Virus record (IMG/VR): IMGVR_UViG_2850972752_000004
DNA from: an uncultured virus (IMG/VR IMGVR_UViG_2850972752_000004)
Lineage: Duplodnaviria > Heunggongvirae > Uroviricota > Caudoviricetes
Reading direction: 5' to 3' (one strand)
DNA length: 20,000 bases
Below are positions 1 to 7,030 of this stretch, piece by piece. Below the pieces are notes generated by a model, which saw nothing but the letters and a program-made list of their open reading frames with translations, made no database searches and was not told where the DNA came from. The translations under genes and the position numbers were made by a program. How positions within the stretch are numbered: the stretch's first letter is position 1; every line of letters begins with the position of its first letter.

Positions 1-61
1 GGCGGACGAAGCGAAATGCTGAACCGAGCGAATGACCCGCATGCAGGTGCGGAGAAACACC

Positions 62-104
62 GATTTCACTGGCTGGCCCTCCAACGAGGGCCAGACGGGA
101 AATC
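62..104 (+). promoter_or_regulatory. Interrupted long hairpin upstream of RBS (putative RNase III/leader element)
   Basis: GATTTC(62-67)/GAAATC(99-104) and CTGGCCCTC(73-81)/GAGGGCCAG(86-94). Confidence 0.5.
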
Positions 105-121
105 AAACGAGGGAAACAGCA

Positions 122-400
122 ATGAGCCAGATCTCAATAGTGGGCTACGAAAGCGACTGCAATTGCGAGCACTGTGGGCGCGCCCTGAGGCACGGAATCC
201 GTCTTAGCGACGGCAGGCTTGTGGGCGCCAGCTGCCTCGACAAAAAGCTGACCAAGCCGCGCAAGTATCAGGGCAAGTCCTTTCGCTTCGGTGCTGAGCA
301 CATCATCAAGATTGCAAAGGTTGTTCAGTTCTACTCGCCGGGCAACTGGGCGCGCTTTGGCGTTTCCGCATCGAGCACGACGTTTGAGGGGGTCGCATGA
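122..400 (+). CDS. Phage hypothetical protein, Cys-rich (CNCEHCG)
   Basis: ATG 122 after GAGGG; stop overlaps next start (ATGA); upstream extension to 32 unlikely. Confidence 0.75.
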   Translation: MSQISIVGYESDCNCEHCGRALRHGIRLSDGRLVGASCLDKKLTKPRKYQGKSFRFGAEHIIKIAKVVQFYSPGNWARFGVSASSTTFEGVA

Positions 401-570
401 AGATCAGACCAAAGGCTGCGCCCGCAAGCCTGAAAGCAGACGGGCGCGAATACTCGCGCCTAGTTCTTGCGGCATTCAACTGGATCAACGAAGACGATGA
501 AGCCGAGCGGCTCGTAGAGCTGAATAGCAGGAAACGCGAAGTGAATGAGAACGCAAAGAAGCGGTTTTGA
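397..570 (+). CDS. Small phage hypothetical protein (57 aa, MKIRPKAAPASLKADG...), absent from ORF track
   Basis: Manual translation; ATGA overlap with upstream gene, GAGGGG upstream. Confidence 0.6.
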   Translation: MKIRPKAAPASLKADGREYSRLVLAAFNWINEDDEAERLVELNSRKREVNENAKKRF

Positions 571-613
571 GATTTCCTCAGTCGCCCTTCGCAAGAGGGG
601 CATCGAGGAAGTC
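571..613 (+). promoter_or_regulatory. Interrupted long hairpin with GCAA tetraloop, paralogous to 62-104
   Basis: GATTTCCTC/GAGGAAGTC outer stem and GCCCTTC-GCAA-GAGGGGC inner stem. Confidence 0.5.
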
Positions 614-637
614 AACACGCCCTGGAGGGCAACAACA

Positions 638-823
638 ATGACGCGCAACGAGTACGACGAGATGGAAGCCACTGCAAACGTGGCATTGGCTGGCCTTCTG
701 GCTGGTGATGGCCAGTGGGTAAGCAATCCCAACGAACTGGTCAGGCATGCATTCGACATAGCCGAAGCCTTCAATGTCGAGAAGAAGCGCCGACTCGGCG
801 AACGTCCGGAATGGGACAACTGA
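638..823 (+). CDS. Phage hypothetical protein (61 aa, MTRNEYDEME...)
   Basis: GGAGGG RBS before ATG 638, inside ORF 545..823. Confidence 0.65.
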   Translation: MTRNEYDEMEATANVALAGLLAGDGQWVSNPNELVRHAFDIAEAFNVEKKRRLGERPEWDN

Positions 824-842
824 ACCGCTATTGATACGGACC

Positions 843-860
843 GCCCCGGTTCGCCGGGGC
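843..860 (+). promoter_or_regulatory. Perfect GC hairpin with TTCG loop, no U-tract
   Basis: GCCCCGG-TTCG-CCGGGGC. Confidence 0.4.
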
Positions 861-937
861 ATCACCAGCTCCAACCCATTTGCCCATCCGGGCGCCCTAT
901 CGCCCAACCCAGGGCAAACCTAAAACGGAGAATCGCG

Positions 938-2125
938 ATGGCGAGCAAGAAAAAGGCTGCGTCCGAAGAGGTCGTGACCGCTTACAAGGGATTCAAGCAG
1001 GACCTGACCTGCCGCGGCTACCAGTTCGAGATCGGCGGCACCTACAAGCATGAGGGTGAGGTAGAGGCATGCGCTTCGGGCTTCCACTCCTGCGAGTATC
1101 CCCTTGATGTCTTCGGCTACTACGCTCCAGGCGAAAGCCGATTCGCCATCGTAAAGGCTTCGGGGCAACTGAGCCGTCACGACGATGACAGCAAGATCGC
1201 CAGCGCCACCCTGGTGGTGGAGGCGGAAATCAGCATGCCGACCATGATCTCGCGGGCCATCGACTGGATCATGAGCAAGATAGATAAGTCGGTTGAGCAG
1301 ACGGTGGTAGGCGGCACAGCGTCGAACACCGGCTACCAATCGGCAGCGTCGAACACCGGCTACCAATCGGCAGCGTCGAACACCGGCGACTACTCGGCAG
1401 CGTCGAACACCGGCTACCAATCGGCAGCGTCGAACACCGGCTACCAATCGGCAGCGTCGAACACCGGCTACCAATCGGCAGCGTCGAACACCGGCGACTA
1501 CTCGGCAGCGTCGAACACCGGCGACTACTCGGCAGCGTCGAACACCGGCTACCAATCGGCAGCGTCGAACACCGGAAACTACTCGGCAGCGTCGAACACC
1601 GGCTACCAATCGGCAGCGTCGAACACCGGCTACCAATCGGCAGCGTCGAACACCGGCTACCAATCGGCAGCGTCGAACACCGGCGACTACTCGGCAGCGT
1701 CGAACACCGGCTACCAATCGGCAGCGTCGAACACCGGCGACTACTCGGCAGCGTCGAACACCGGCTACCAATCGGCAGCGTCGAACACCGGCTACCAATC
1801 GGCAGCGTCGAACACCGGCAACCGCTCGGCAGCGTCGAACACCGGCAACCGCTCGGCAGCGTCGAACACCGGCTACCAATCGGCAGCGTCGAACACCGGC
1901 TACCAATCGGCAGCCGAGGTCAGCGGCAAGGAGTCCGTCGCCGCATCCCTGGGCATCGAAGGCCGCGCTCGCGCATCTGCTGGTAGCGCCATCGTCCTAT
2001 GTCATCGTGACGACGAGGGGCGCCTAATCCATATCCGCGCCAGCAAGGTCGGGGAGAACGGCGTAGAGCCGGACACCTGGTACCAGTTGAATGCCGAGGG
2101 CGAGTTCGTCGAATTCGACGAGTGA
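938..2125 (+). CDS. Phage protein with DUF7666-like N-terminal domain and central 9-aa SAASNTGxx repeat (probable beta-solenoid)
   Basis: GGAG RBS; N-terminal AYKGF..LTCRGYQFEIG..CASGFHSC motif; C-terminal KVGENGVEPDTWYQL. Confidence 0.9.
   Translation: MASKKKAASEEVVTAYKGFKQDLTCRGYQFEIGGTYKHEGEVEACASGFHSCEYPLDVFGYYAPGESRFAIVKASGQLSRHDDDSKIASATLVVEAEISMPTMISRAIDWIMSKIDKSVEQTVVGGTASNTGYQSAASNTGYQSAASNTGDYSAASNTGYQSAASNTGYQSAASNTGYQSAASNTGDYSAASNTGDYSAASNTGYQSAASNTGNYSAASNTGYQSAASNTGYQSAASNTGYQSAASNTGDYSAASNTGYQSAASNTGDYSAASNTGYQSAASNTGYQSAASNTGNRSAASNTGNRSAASNTGYQSAASNTGYQSAAEVSGKESVAASLGIEGRARASAGSAIVLCHRDDEGRLIHIRASKVGENGVEPDTWYQLNAEGEFVEFDE
1319..1912 (+). repeat. 22 tandem copies of a 27-bp coding repeat GCGTCGAACACCGGC-NNNNNN-TCGGCA
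   Basis: Counted from translation: 14 YQ, 5 DY, 1 NY, 2 NR units; 594 bp. Confidence 0.97.
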
Positions 2126-2236
2126 GCTGCCATCGAACAGCGAACGAGTCTAGGGGCTAGCGCAGCCAGACCTGACGCATCCGGGGAAGCGCCCGGCGTT
2201 CGCTCCATTTGCCCTGATACGGCAAGAGAGGAACCC

Positions 2237-2299
2237 ATGCCAGACCTTTGCGAGTTCGCAGCGCTGTTCGTGGTGCTGTTTCTGACTATGTATTGGTGA
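2237..2299 (+). CDS. 20-aa hydrophobic micropeptide MPDLCEFAALFVVLFLTMYW
   Basis: GAGAGGA RBS upstream; stop overlaps RBS of next gene. Confidence 0.45.
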   Translation: MPDLCEFAALFVVLFLTMYW

Positions 2300-2307
2300 G
2301 GTGAGAG

Positions 2308-2544
2308 ATGAGTGAGTGGATAGATTGTAAAGAAGAACTTCCAGAACCCGATGTTCCTGTCTTAGTTGATGGATCTGAACGCGCAGGTGTCGGCGTATTG
2401 GGGCTGACAAATCATGGCCTAAGGTGGGGGTTCGCTACCTCAGCTCCATATTGGGATAACAGAAAAGGATGGGTTGTTGATAGTTACGACTACGACATGA
2501 AGGCTCCTTTTCGCTGGATGAGCCTACCAGACCTAAACGCCTGA
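2308..2544 (+). CDS. DUF551-like phage protein
   Basis: MSEWIDCKEELPE...VLV start and WMSLP end typical of DUF551; GAGGTG RBS. Confidence 0.8.
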   Translation: MSEWIDCKEELPEPDVPVLVDGSERAGVGVLGLTNHGLRWGFATSAPYWDNRKGWVVDSYDYDMKAPFRWMSLPDLNA

Positions 2545-2560
2545 CAGGCAGGAGAACAGA

Positions 2561-2827
2561 ATGAGCAAGCTCATTGGCTGGAGGACGGAGAACTACCTTT
2601 GGGAAACCAGCGATCCGTCGGTGGCGAGGAACTGGGAGCCGAACATTGGCGTTCTGCCGATATTTGAAGGAGATCCCAATACGAAGCTTCAAGGCGTCGG
2701 GCCTGAGTGGATGCAATCGGCTGACGCGTTCATTGAACGGCTCAACTCTGCCGGCTGGCGTGCTCACGCAGATTCACAGCATGACGGCGCTAGAGCCATG
2801 TTCAACGAACTCAAGGCAACCGCCTAA
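2561..2827 (+). CDS. Phage hypothetical protein
   Basis: AGGAG RBS, 88-aa ORF in operon orientation. Confidence 0.75.
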   Translation: MSKLIGWRTENYLWETSDPSVARNWEPNIGVLPIFEGDPNTKLQGVGPEWMQSADAFIERLNSAGWRAHADSQHDGARAMFNELKATA

Positions 2828-2858
2828 CGCGCCCTTGCGCATACACATTGGAGGCGAG

Positions 2859-3053
2859 ATGAATCTCACCGACCCTAAGCAAGATGACCGCATTCGAGCG
2901 GCACTTCGCAACGCGGATAAGCGCGGTCAGCTCCAAGTGGTTGCCGCAATAACCGGTATCGCCGGCGGCGTACAGGAACTCCGCAAGATCATGAATAGCA
3001 CTGGCGAGCTGAGCATCATGGACAGAGGAATGCTCGCACTGCATCTCTCCTGA
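2859..3053 (+). CDS. Phage hypothetical protein (64 aa, MNLTDPKQDD...)
   Basis: GGAGG RBS before ATG 2859; 3' part of ORF 2574..3053. Confidence 0.7.
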   Translation: MNLTDPKQDDRIRAALRNADKRGQLQVVAAITGIAGGVQELRKIMNSTGELSIMDRGMLALHLS

Positions 3054-3160
3054 CTTCCCAGGCAAGGACGCCACCCTTCAATGGGGATGACTCTAGTGCG
3101 CACCGGGGCGCGTTCGCGTAAGCCTGGAGACTAGAGCCATCCCCACCCTACCCCTCATTA

Positions 3161-3184
3161 GCCCGGACTTTCCGGGCATTTTTT
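3161..3184 (+). terminator. Intrinsic terminator
   Basis: GCCCGGA-CTT-TCCGGGC followed by ATTTTTT. Confidence 0.8.
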
Positions 3185-3295
3185 CGCCTGTATGCGCATG
3201 CCCTGGCGCTCGCTGATTTCCACCTAATCCGGATGTGTAGGCGAGTCTCCATCCAAGACCAGGGCAGCCGCATGCACGCGAACGCGAGGTGAGAC

Positions 3296-3736
3296 ATGAA
3301 AGAACTCGGATACGAGGAAGGCTCCATCTGCAACCGCGGCGGCTGCGAGGGAGTGATTGAGCTGGAGAGGGTCGAGAATTGCAGTTGCCATATTAGCCCT
3401 CCGTGTGCAGCGCATACGAGCGCGGACATGTGCTGTCCTGACTGCGGTTGGCGCGCGGCGGACGATCCGCTCTGTGTGCGCGAGATTCACACGATCATCC
3501 TAGACATTGGTGGATATGGGGCTTTCCTCGAAAGCAAGCCTCGGGTGCTTGACCCAACCAAAATCGACTGGACATGGGAACCGCATTCGGGCGCGTCAAT
3601 GATCAAGAAGGGAGTTTTCCCCATCGGCACTTCGCGCGCCGAGGTTGAAAAATCCGTGATCGGGACGTTTGGCGGCCGCTTCGAGTACTTCAACGAAGAG
3701 AAAGGCCAGTTCAAGTACATCGCCTACACCGACTGA
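3296..3736 (+). CDS. Cys-rich hypothetical protein, putative Zn-binding
   Basis: GAGGTG RBS; CNRGGC, CSCHISPPC and CCPDCG motifs. Confidence 0.8.
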   Translation: MKELGYEEGSICNRGGCEGVIELERVENCSCHISPPCAAHTSADMCCPDCGWRAADDPLCVREIHTIILDIGGYGAFLESKPRVLDPTKIDWTWEPHSGASMIKKGVFPIGTSRAEVEKSVIGTFGGRFEYFNEEKGQFKYIAYTD

Positions 3737-3744
3737 GGTGAGAC

Positions 3745-4110
3745 ATGAACACCGCATTGAAATATGCCCAGGAACGCTGGGACAACGCGCTACCGCCCGA
3801 CGATGACGGCGACCGCGAGTATGTCACCGCGCAAGTCGGGAAGCTCCTGAACTGCGAGGACGGTGATTGCGTGCCGTTCCATGACCGGAAAGAGAGGCCC
3901 TTTATCGGGCCGGAGTTCACGGTCTACGGCTTTGCTGGATTCGTGCCCGAGTGGCTCGCCGAGGTAGACGGCAAAGAGTGCCCGATGACGCAGCTACTGC
4001 TTGCAGTGCGCCGAGGCGACCTGGAACTCGCACAACGCATCTGGTTCCGCACATTCGAATCCACGCTTATCGAGAACGCTGAACGACTGGTTAGGGAGAG
4101 ACGCACATGA
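3745..4110 (+). CDS. Phage hypothetical protein
   Basis: GAGGTG RBS; ATGA coupling with next gene. Confidence 0.8.
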   Translation: MNTALKYAQERWDNALPPDDDGDREYVTAQVGKLLNCEDGDCVPFHDRKERPFIGPEFTVYGFAGFVPEWLAEVDGKECPMTQLLLAVRRGDLELAQRIWFRTFESTLIENAERLVRERRT

Positions 4111-4220
4111 CCATCACCATAGACCTGAAAGAGGCCGCCCAAGTCCTGATCTTCGGCGGCTTTTTTGTGGGCAGCGTGTTCATGTTCGCCGTGGCGTTTG
4201 TGGAGGTCGCGGGGCTATGA
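4107..4220 (+). CDS. 37-aa single-TM peptide MTITIDLKEAAQVLIFGGFFVGSVFMFAVAFVEVAGL
   Basis: Manual translation; GGGAGAG RBS, ATGA overlap. Confidence 0.65.
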   Translation: MTITIDLKEAAQVLIFGGFFVGSVFMFAVAFVEVAGL

Positions 4221-4229
4221 GGAGGGTAA

Positions 4230-5159
4230 ATGAATGAGCTGGCTTTGTTCTCGGGCGCTGGTGGAGGAATTCTCGGCGGCCACCTCCTCGGATGGCGCAC
4301 GGTCTGTGCTGTCGAGTTCGAACCCTATGCCGCAAGCGTTCTTGCCGCAAGACAAAATGACGGCATTCTCCCGCCCTTCCCGATCTGGGATGACGTTCGG
4401 ACATTTGACGGAAGACCTTGGCGCGGCCTTGTTGACGTGGTTTCTGGCGGATTCCCGTGTCAGGACATATCAGCTGCCGGGAATGGCGCCGGAATCGACG
4501 GTGAGCGCTCAGGGCTCTGGCGAGAAATGGCACGAATCGTCGGTGAGGTACGACCGCGATTCGTCTTCGTGGAGAACTCACCTCTCCTTGTTCGAAGAGG
4601 ACTTGCCGTGGTCCTCGGTGACCTTACCGAGCTGGGGTATGACGCTCGATGGTGTGTTATGGGAGCCGCCGACGTCGGGGCGCCCCATCAGCGGGACCGG
4701 ATATGGATTGTTGCCCACTCCAACGACCGTCGATACTGGAAGCCTGTTCAACAAATCGAACAGTCCTGGAGCGAAAAATCGTCCGACGCTGGGGGCTATG
4801 GCGAAGCACAACCTTTGGCCTACCCCAACAGTGTTTGGCAACTACAACCGACCAGGCGCATCACCAACCAGCGGAATGGGATTGGCGAGTGCAGTTCGGT
4901 TATGGAGAACGCCGAATGCCTCGGATGCGAACAAATGGAGCAACGAGTCTATGGCCGAACGAGTGGCAAAGGGTCGTCAGATAAGGCTGAACACTCAGGT
5001 ATCTCCGGAAGGAGGTGCGGGTGGCCAGCTGAACCCAACGTGGGTCGAGTGGCTAATGGGGTGGCCTCTAGAGTGGACCGCATTAAAGCCCTTGGGAATG
5101 GCCAGGTTCCAAGAGTGGCTGCAACAGCATTCACTTATCTCGCATCTGAATGGATCTGA
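4230..5159 (+). CDS. DNA cytosine-5 methyltransferase, catalytic (alpha-type) polypeptide lacking motif IX
   Basis: Motif I LFSGAGG, IV GGFPCQD, VI VENSP, VIII HQRDRIW, X ALGNGQVP; GAGGAGG RBS. Confidence 0.93.
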   Translation: MNELALFSGAGGGILGGHLLGWRTVCAVEFEPYAASVLAARQNDGILPPFPIWDDVRTFDGRPWRGLVDVVSGGFPCQDISAAGNGAGIDGERSGLWREMARIVGEVRPRFVFVENSPLLVRRGLAVVLGDLTELGYDARWCVMGAADVGAPHQRDRIWIVAHSNDRRYWKPVQQIEQSWSEKSSDAGGYGEAQPLAYPNSVWQLQPTRRITNQRNGIGECSSVMENAECLGCEQMEQRVYGRTSGKGSSDKAEHSGISGRRCGWPAEPNVGRVANGVASRVDRIKALGNGQVPRVAATAFTYLASEWI

Positions 5160-5172
5160 TGAGGCAGCATGA
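4234..5172 (+). CDS. Overprinted +1-frame ORF: putative beta subunit of the methyltransferase (TRD-like modules and motif IX); true start uncertain
   Basis: 312 codons open; LNPTWVEWLMGWP at 5029-5067; three L(L/W)(P/R)TP modules; stop overlaps next start (ATGA at 5169-5172). Confidence 0.75.
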   Translation: MSWLCSRALVEEFSAATSSDGARSVLSSSNPMPQAFLPQDKMTAFSRPSRSGMTFGHLTEDLGAALLTWFLADSRVRTYQLPGMAPESTVSAQGSGEKWHESSVRYDRDSSSWRTHLSLFEEDLPWSSVTLPSWGMTLDGVLWEPPTSGRPISGTGYGLLPTPTTVDTGSLFNKSNSPGAKNRPTLGAMAKHNLWPTPTVFGNYNRPGASPTSGMGLASAVRLWRTPNASDANKWSNESMAERVAKGRQIRLNTQVSPEGGAGGQLNPTWVEWLMGWPLEWTALKPLGMARFQEWLQQHSLISHLNGSDEAA

Positions 5173-5312
5173 ACACTCGCCGCACAGCAATCTGGCTAGG
5201 CAGTCTATTCGGCGGACTGCTGTACCTCTTCATCCTGGCAGCCGGCCCGATCTGGGGCGGCATCATCACCGCAGAACAACCAGCTACGCACCTGTCCGCA
5301 GCAGGCCGGTAA
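5169..5312 (+). CDS. 47-aa single-TM peptide MNTRRTAIWLGSLFGGLLYLFILAAGPIWGG...
   Basis: Manual translation; GAGG RBS, ATGA overlap. Confidence 0.65.
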   Translation: MNTRRTAIWLGSLFGGLLYLFILAAGPIWGGIITAEQPATHLSAAGR

Positions 5313-5321
5313 TCCGGATAA

Positions 5322-5437
5322 CTGCGGCTTCCCCAGCGGGCGGTGGGCGGCATGAAGAAAACACCCGCAGCAGCGGCTTCTAGCGCAACGCTATTCATCC
5401 CGCAGGGGTGACGCTGCCGAGTGGCGCCGTAAGCGCC
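5322..5437 (+). ncRNA. Candidate multi-branched structured RNA/leader
   Basis: Five compatible helices found by eye in a non-coding gap. Confidence 0.3.
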
Positions 5438-5462
5438 TTTCCCCTTCTACCTGGAGAACATC

Positions 5463-5915
5463 ATGCCTCATGAACATATCACGCAAGTTCCTGATTATCT
5501 GTTCACTTTTATCCTTGGTCTCGTTCTTGCTTTTCTATGGGCCTTTGCCGTCTTTCTTGCTTGGGCTTGGGGTAGGGCTTGGGCTTGGATTGATGATTCG
5601 AAGCCGCCGCGACACAACTTTCTGACCCATTGGGTTATGGGTCTACTTGGGTTTCATCTGGAAGATGATCGCTGGTCCGTTTATGTCTACCGGCATTCAA
5701 AGAACAAGAGTGGGAGCGATGGTGCAAGTGGTTTCTTCTACCCAGTTCTGATAGCTGTCACAGCCCCTAGCCTTCTCCTGCTTTCCTTTGACCTCTACCC
5801 GATCACGGTATGCGGCCTGACGCTTTTTGCCGTAGCGCACCTTGCTCGCTTCGCGCGCCGGCACAAAAAGCTGTTCGACAAGCACATCGTCGATCCGAAC
5901 GCACACAAGCAATAA
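5463..5915 (+). CDS. Multi-pass membrane protein, accessory (visibly T-rich)
   Basis: GGAG RBS; about three hydrophobic segments. Confidence 0.8.
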   Translation: MPHEHITQVPDYLFTFILGLVLAFLWAFAVFLAWAWGRAWAWIDDSKPPRHNFLTHWVMGLLGFHLEDDRWSVYVYRHSKNKSGSDGASGFFYPVLIAVTAPSLLLLSFDLYPITVCGLTLFAVAHLARFARRHKKLFDKHIVDPNAHKQ

Positions 5916-5957
5916 CCCCTCCCTTCACTGGCTGCGCATGCGCGGCGAGGATCATTC

Positions 5958-7022
5958 ATGTCCGCAGAAAATCAACTGGTCGAAGTACCAGCCAAAGAAA
6001 CCGCTCTGCACGTCTACTCGGCAGCCAATGGCCTGGACCCTTTCCTGGCTAAGATTCGCGAAGAGATCGACGGCTTCGTGCCGGATGTGACCACTCGCAA
6101 GGGCCGAGAGGCAATCGCTTCCATCGCCTACAAGGTAGCCCGCTCCAAGACGGCGCTGGACAACGTGGGCAAGGAATTGGTCGCTGAGCTGAAGGAAGTT
6201 CCGAAGAAGATCGATGCCGAGCGTAAGCGGATGCGCGATCTGTTGGATTCCTGGCAGGCCGAAGTGCGCAGTCCGTTGACCGAGTGGGAAGAGGCTGAAG
6301 CGGCGAGGGTTGCGCGTCATCAGGGCGAGATCGACAAGATAAACCTTCGCCTGGAATGCCGCGATCTGGATTCTATTGAACTCAAAGCCAACATCGCTTG
6401 GCTGGAAGGCCTGGCCATCAGCGAAGCCTGGGAAGAGTTCGAGGCAGAGGCTGCTCGCGCCAAAAATAAGGCTTTGATCGCTCTCCGAGAAGCCCTGGTT
6501 GCCCGTGAGAAGTTCGAAGCCGAGCAGGCCGAACTGGAACGCCTGCGCGCCGAAGCAGCAGCACGCGAGCAGAAAGAGCGCGAGGAGCGCATTGCCCGCG
6601 AAGCAGCAGAGCAGGCACGGCGTCAGGAAGAGGCCAAGGCCCAGGCAGAACGCGACGCAGCAGTACGCCGTGAAGCCGAAGCACAGGCCGCAGCAGAGCG
6701 CCGCGAACTTGAACTTAAGCTTGCCGCCGAGCGCGCCGAACGCGAAGCCATTGAAGCCAAGCAGCGCGCAGAACAAGCAGAGCGTGATGCGCAACGTCGC
6801 GCTGAAGAAGCCGCAGCGGCAGAACGCAAACGGCAGGCCGATGAGCAGGCCCGCATCGAACGCGAGGCTGCTGCACGCGAAGCCGACAAGGCCCACAAGA
6901 AAGCCATCAACAACGAAGCCCTGGCGGCTCTTGTCGCCGGCGGCATGCCAGTGGAATGCGCAAAGCAGGCGATCACGCTGATCGCTCAGCGCAAGGTTCC
7001 TCATATCTCGATCAACTACTGA
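5958..7022 (+). CDS. Phage coiled-coil protein (A/E/R-rich, often labelled TolA-like) upstream of recombination genes
   Basis: GAGGA RBS; REAIASIAYKVARSKT N-terminal motif, long coiled coil. Confidence 0.85.
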   Translation: MSAENQLVEVPAKETALHVYSAANGLDPFLAKIREEIDGFVPDVTTRKGREAIASIAYKVARSKTALDNVGKELVAELKEVPKKIDAERKRMRDLLDSWQAEVRSPLTEWEEAEAARVARHQGEIDKINLRLECRDLDSIELKANIAWLEGLAISEAWEEFEAEAARAKNKALIALREALVAREKFEAEQAELERLRAEAAAREQKEREERIAREAAEQARRQEEAKAQAERDAAVRREAEAQAAAERRELELKLAAERAEREAIEAKQRAEQAERDAQRRAEEAAAAERKRQADEQARIEREAAAREADKAHKKAINNEALAALVAGGMPVECAKQAITLIAQRKVPHISINY

Positions 7023-7030
7023 GGCCCATC

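Noticed and set aside
920..1906. 328-aa minus-strand VAGVRRCR repeat ORF
   Set aside because: Antisense shadow of a stop-free 27-bp repeat; the + strand gene has an RBS and conserved flanking domains
1319..1912. CRISPR array or DGR template/variable region
   Set aside because: The variable part is only 6 nt, recurs, and keeps the coding frame; no cas gene or reverse transcriptase in the window
938..2125. Ice-nucleation protein
   Set aside because: Period is 9 aa, not the AGYGSTxT octapeptide; similar composition only
5924..5934. TTCACTGGCTG also present at 65-75
   Set aside because: Single 11-mer match with different downstream structure; cannot be distinguished from chance
5952..7004. 350-aa minus-strand hydrophobic ORF
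   Set aside because: Shadow of the low-complexity coiled-coil gene
5958..7022. Genuine TolA
   Set aside because: No N-terminal TM anchor or tol-pal context; resemblance is compositional
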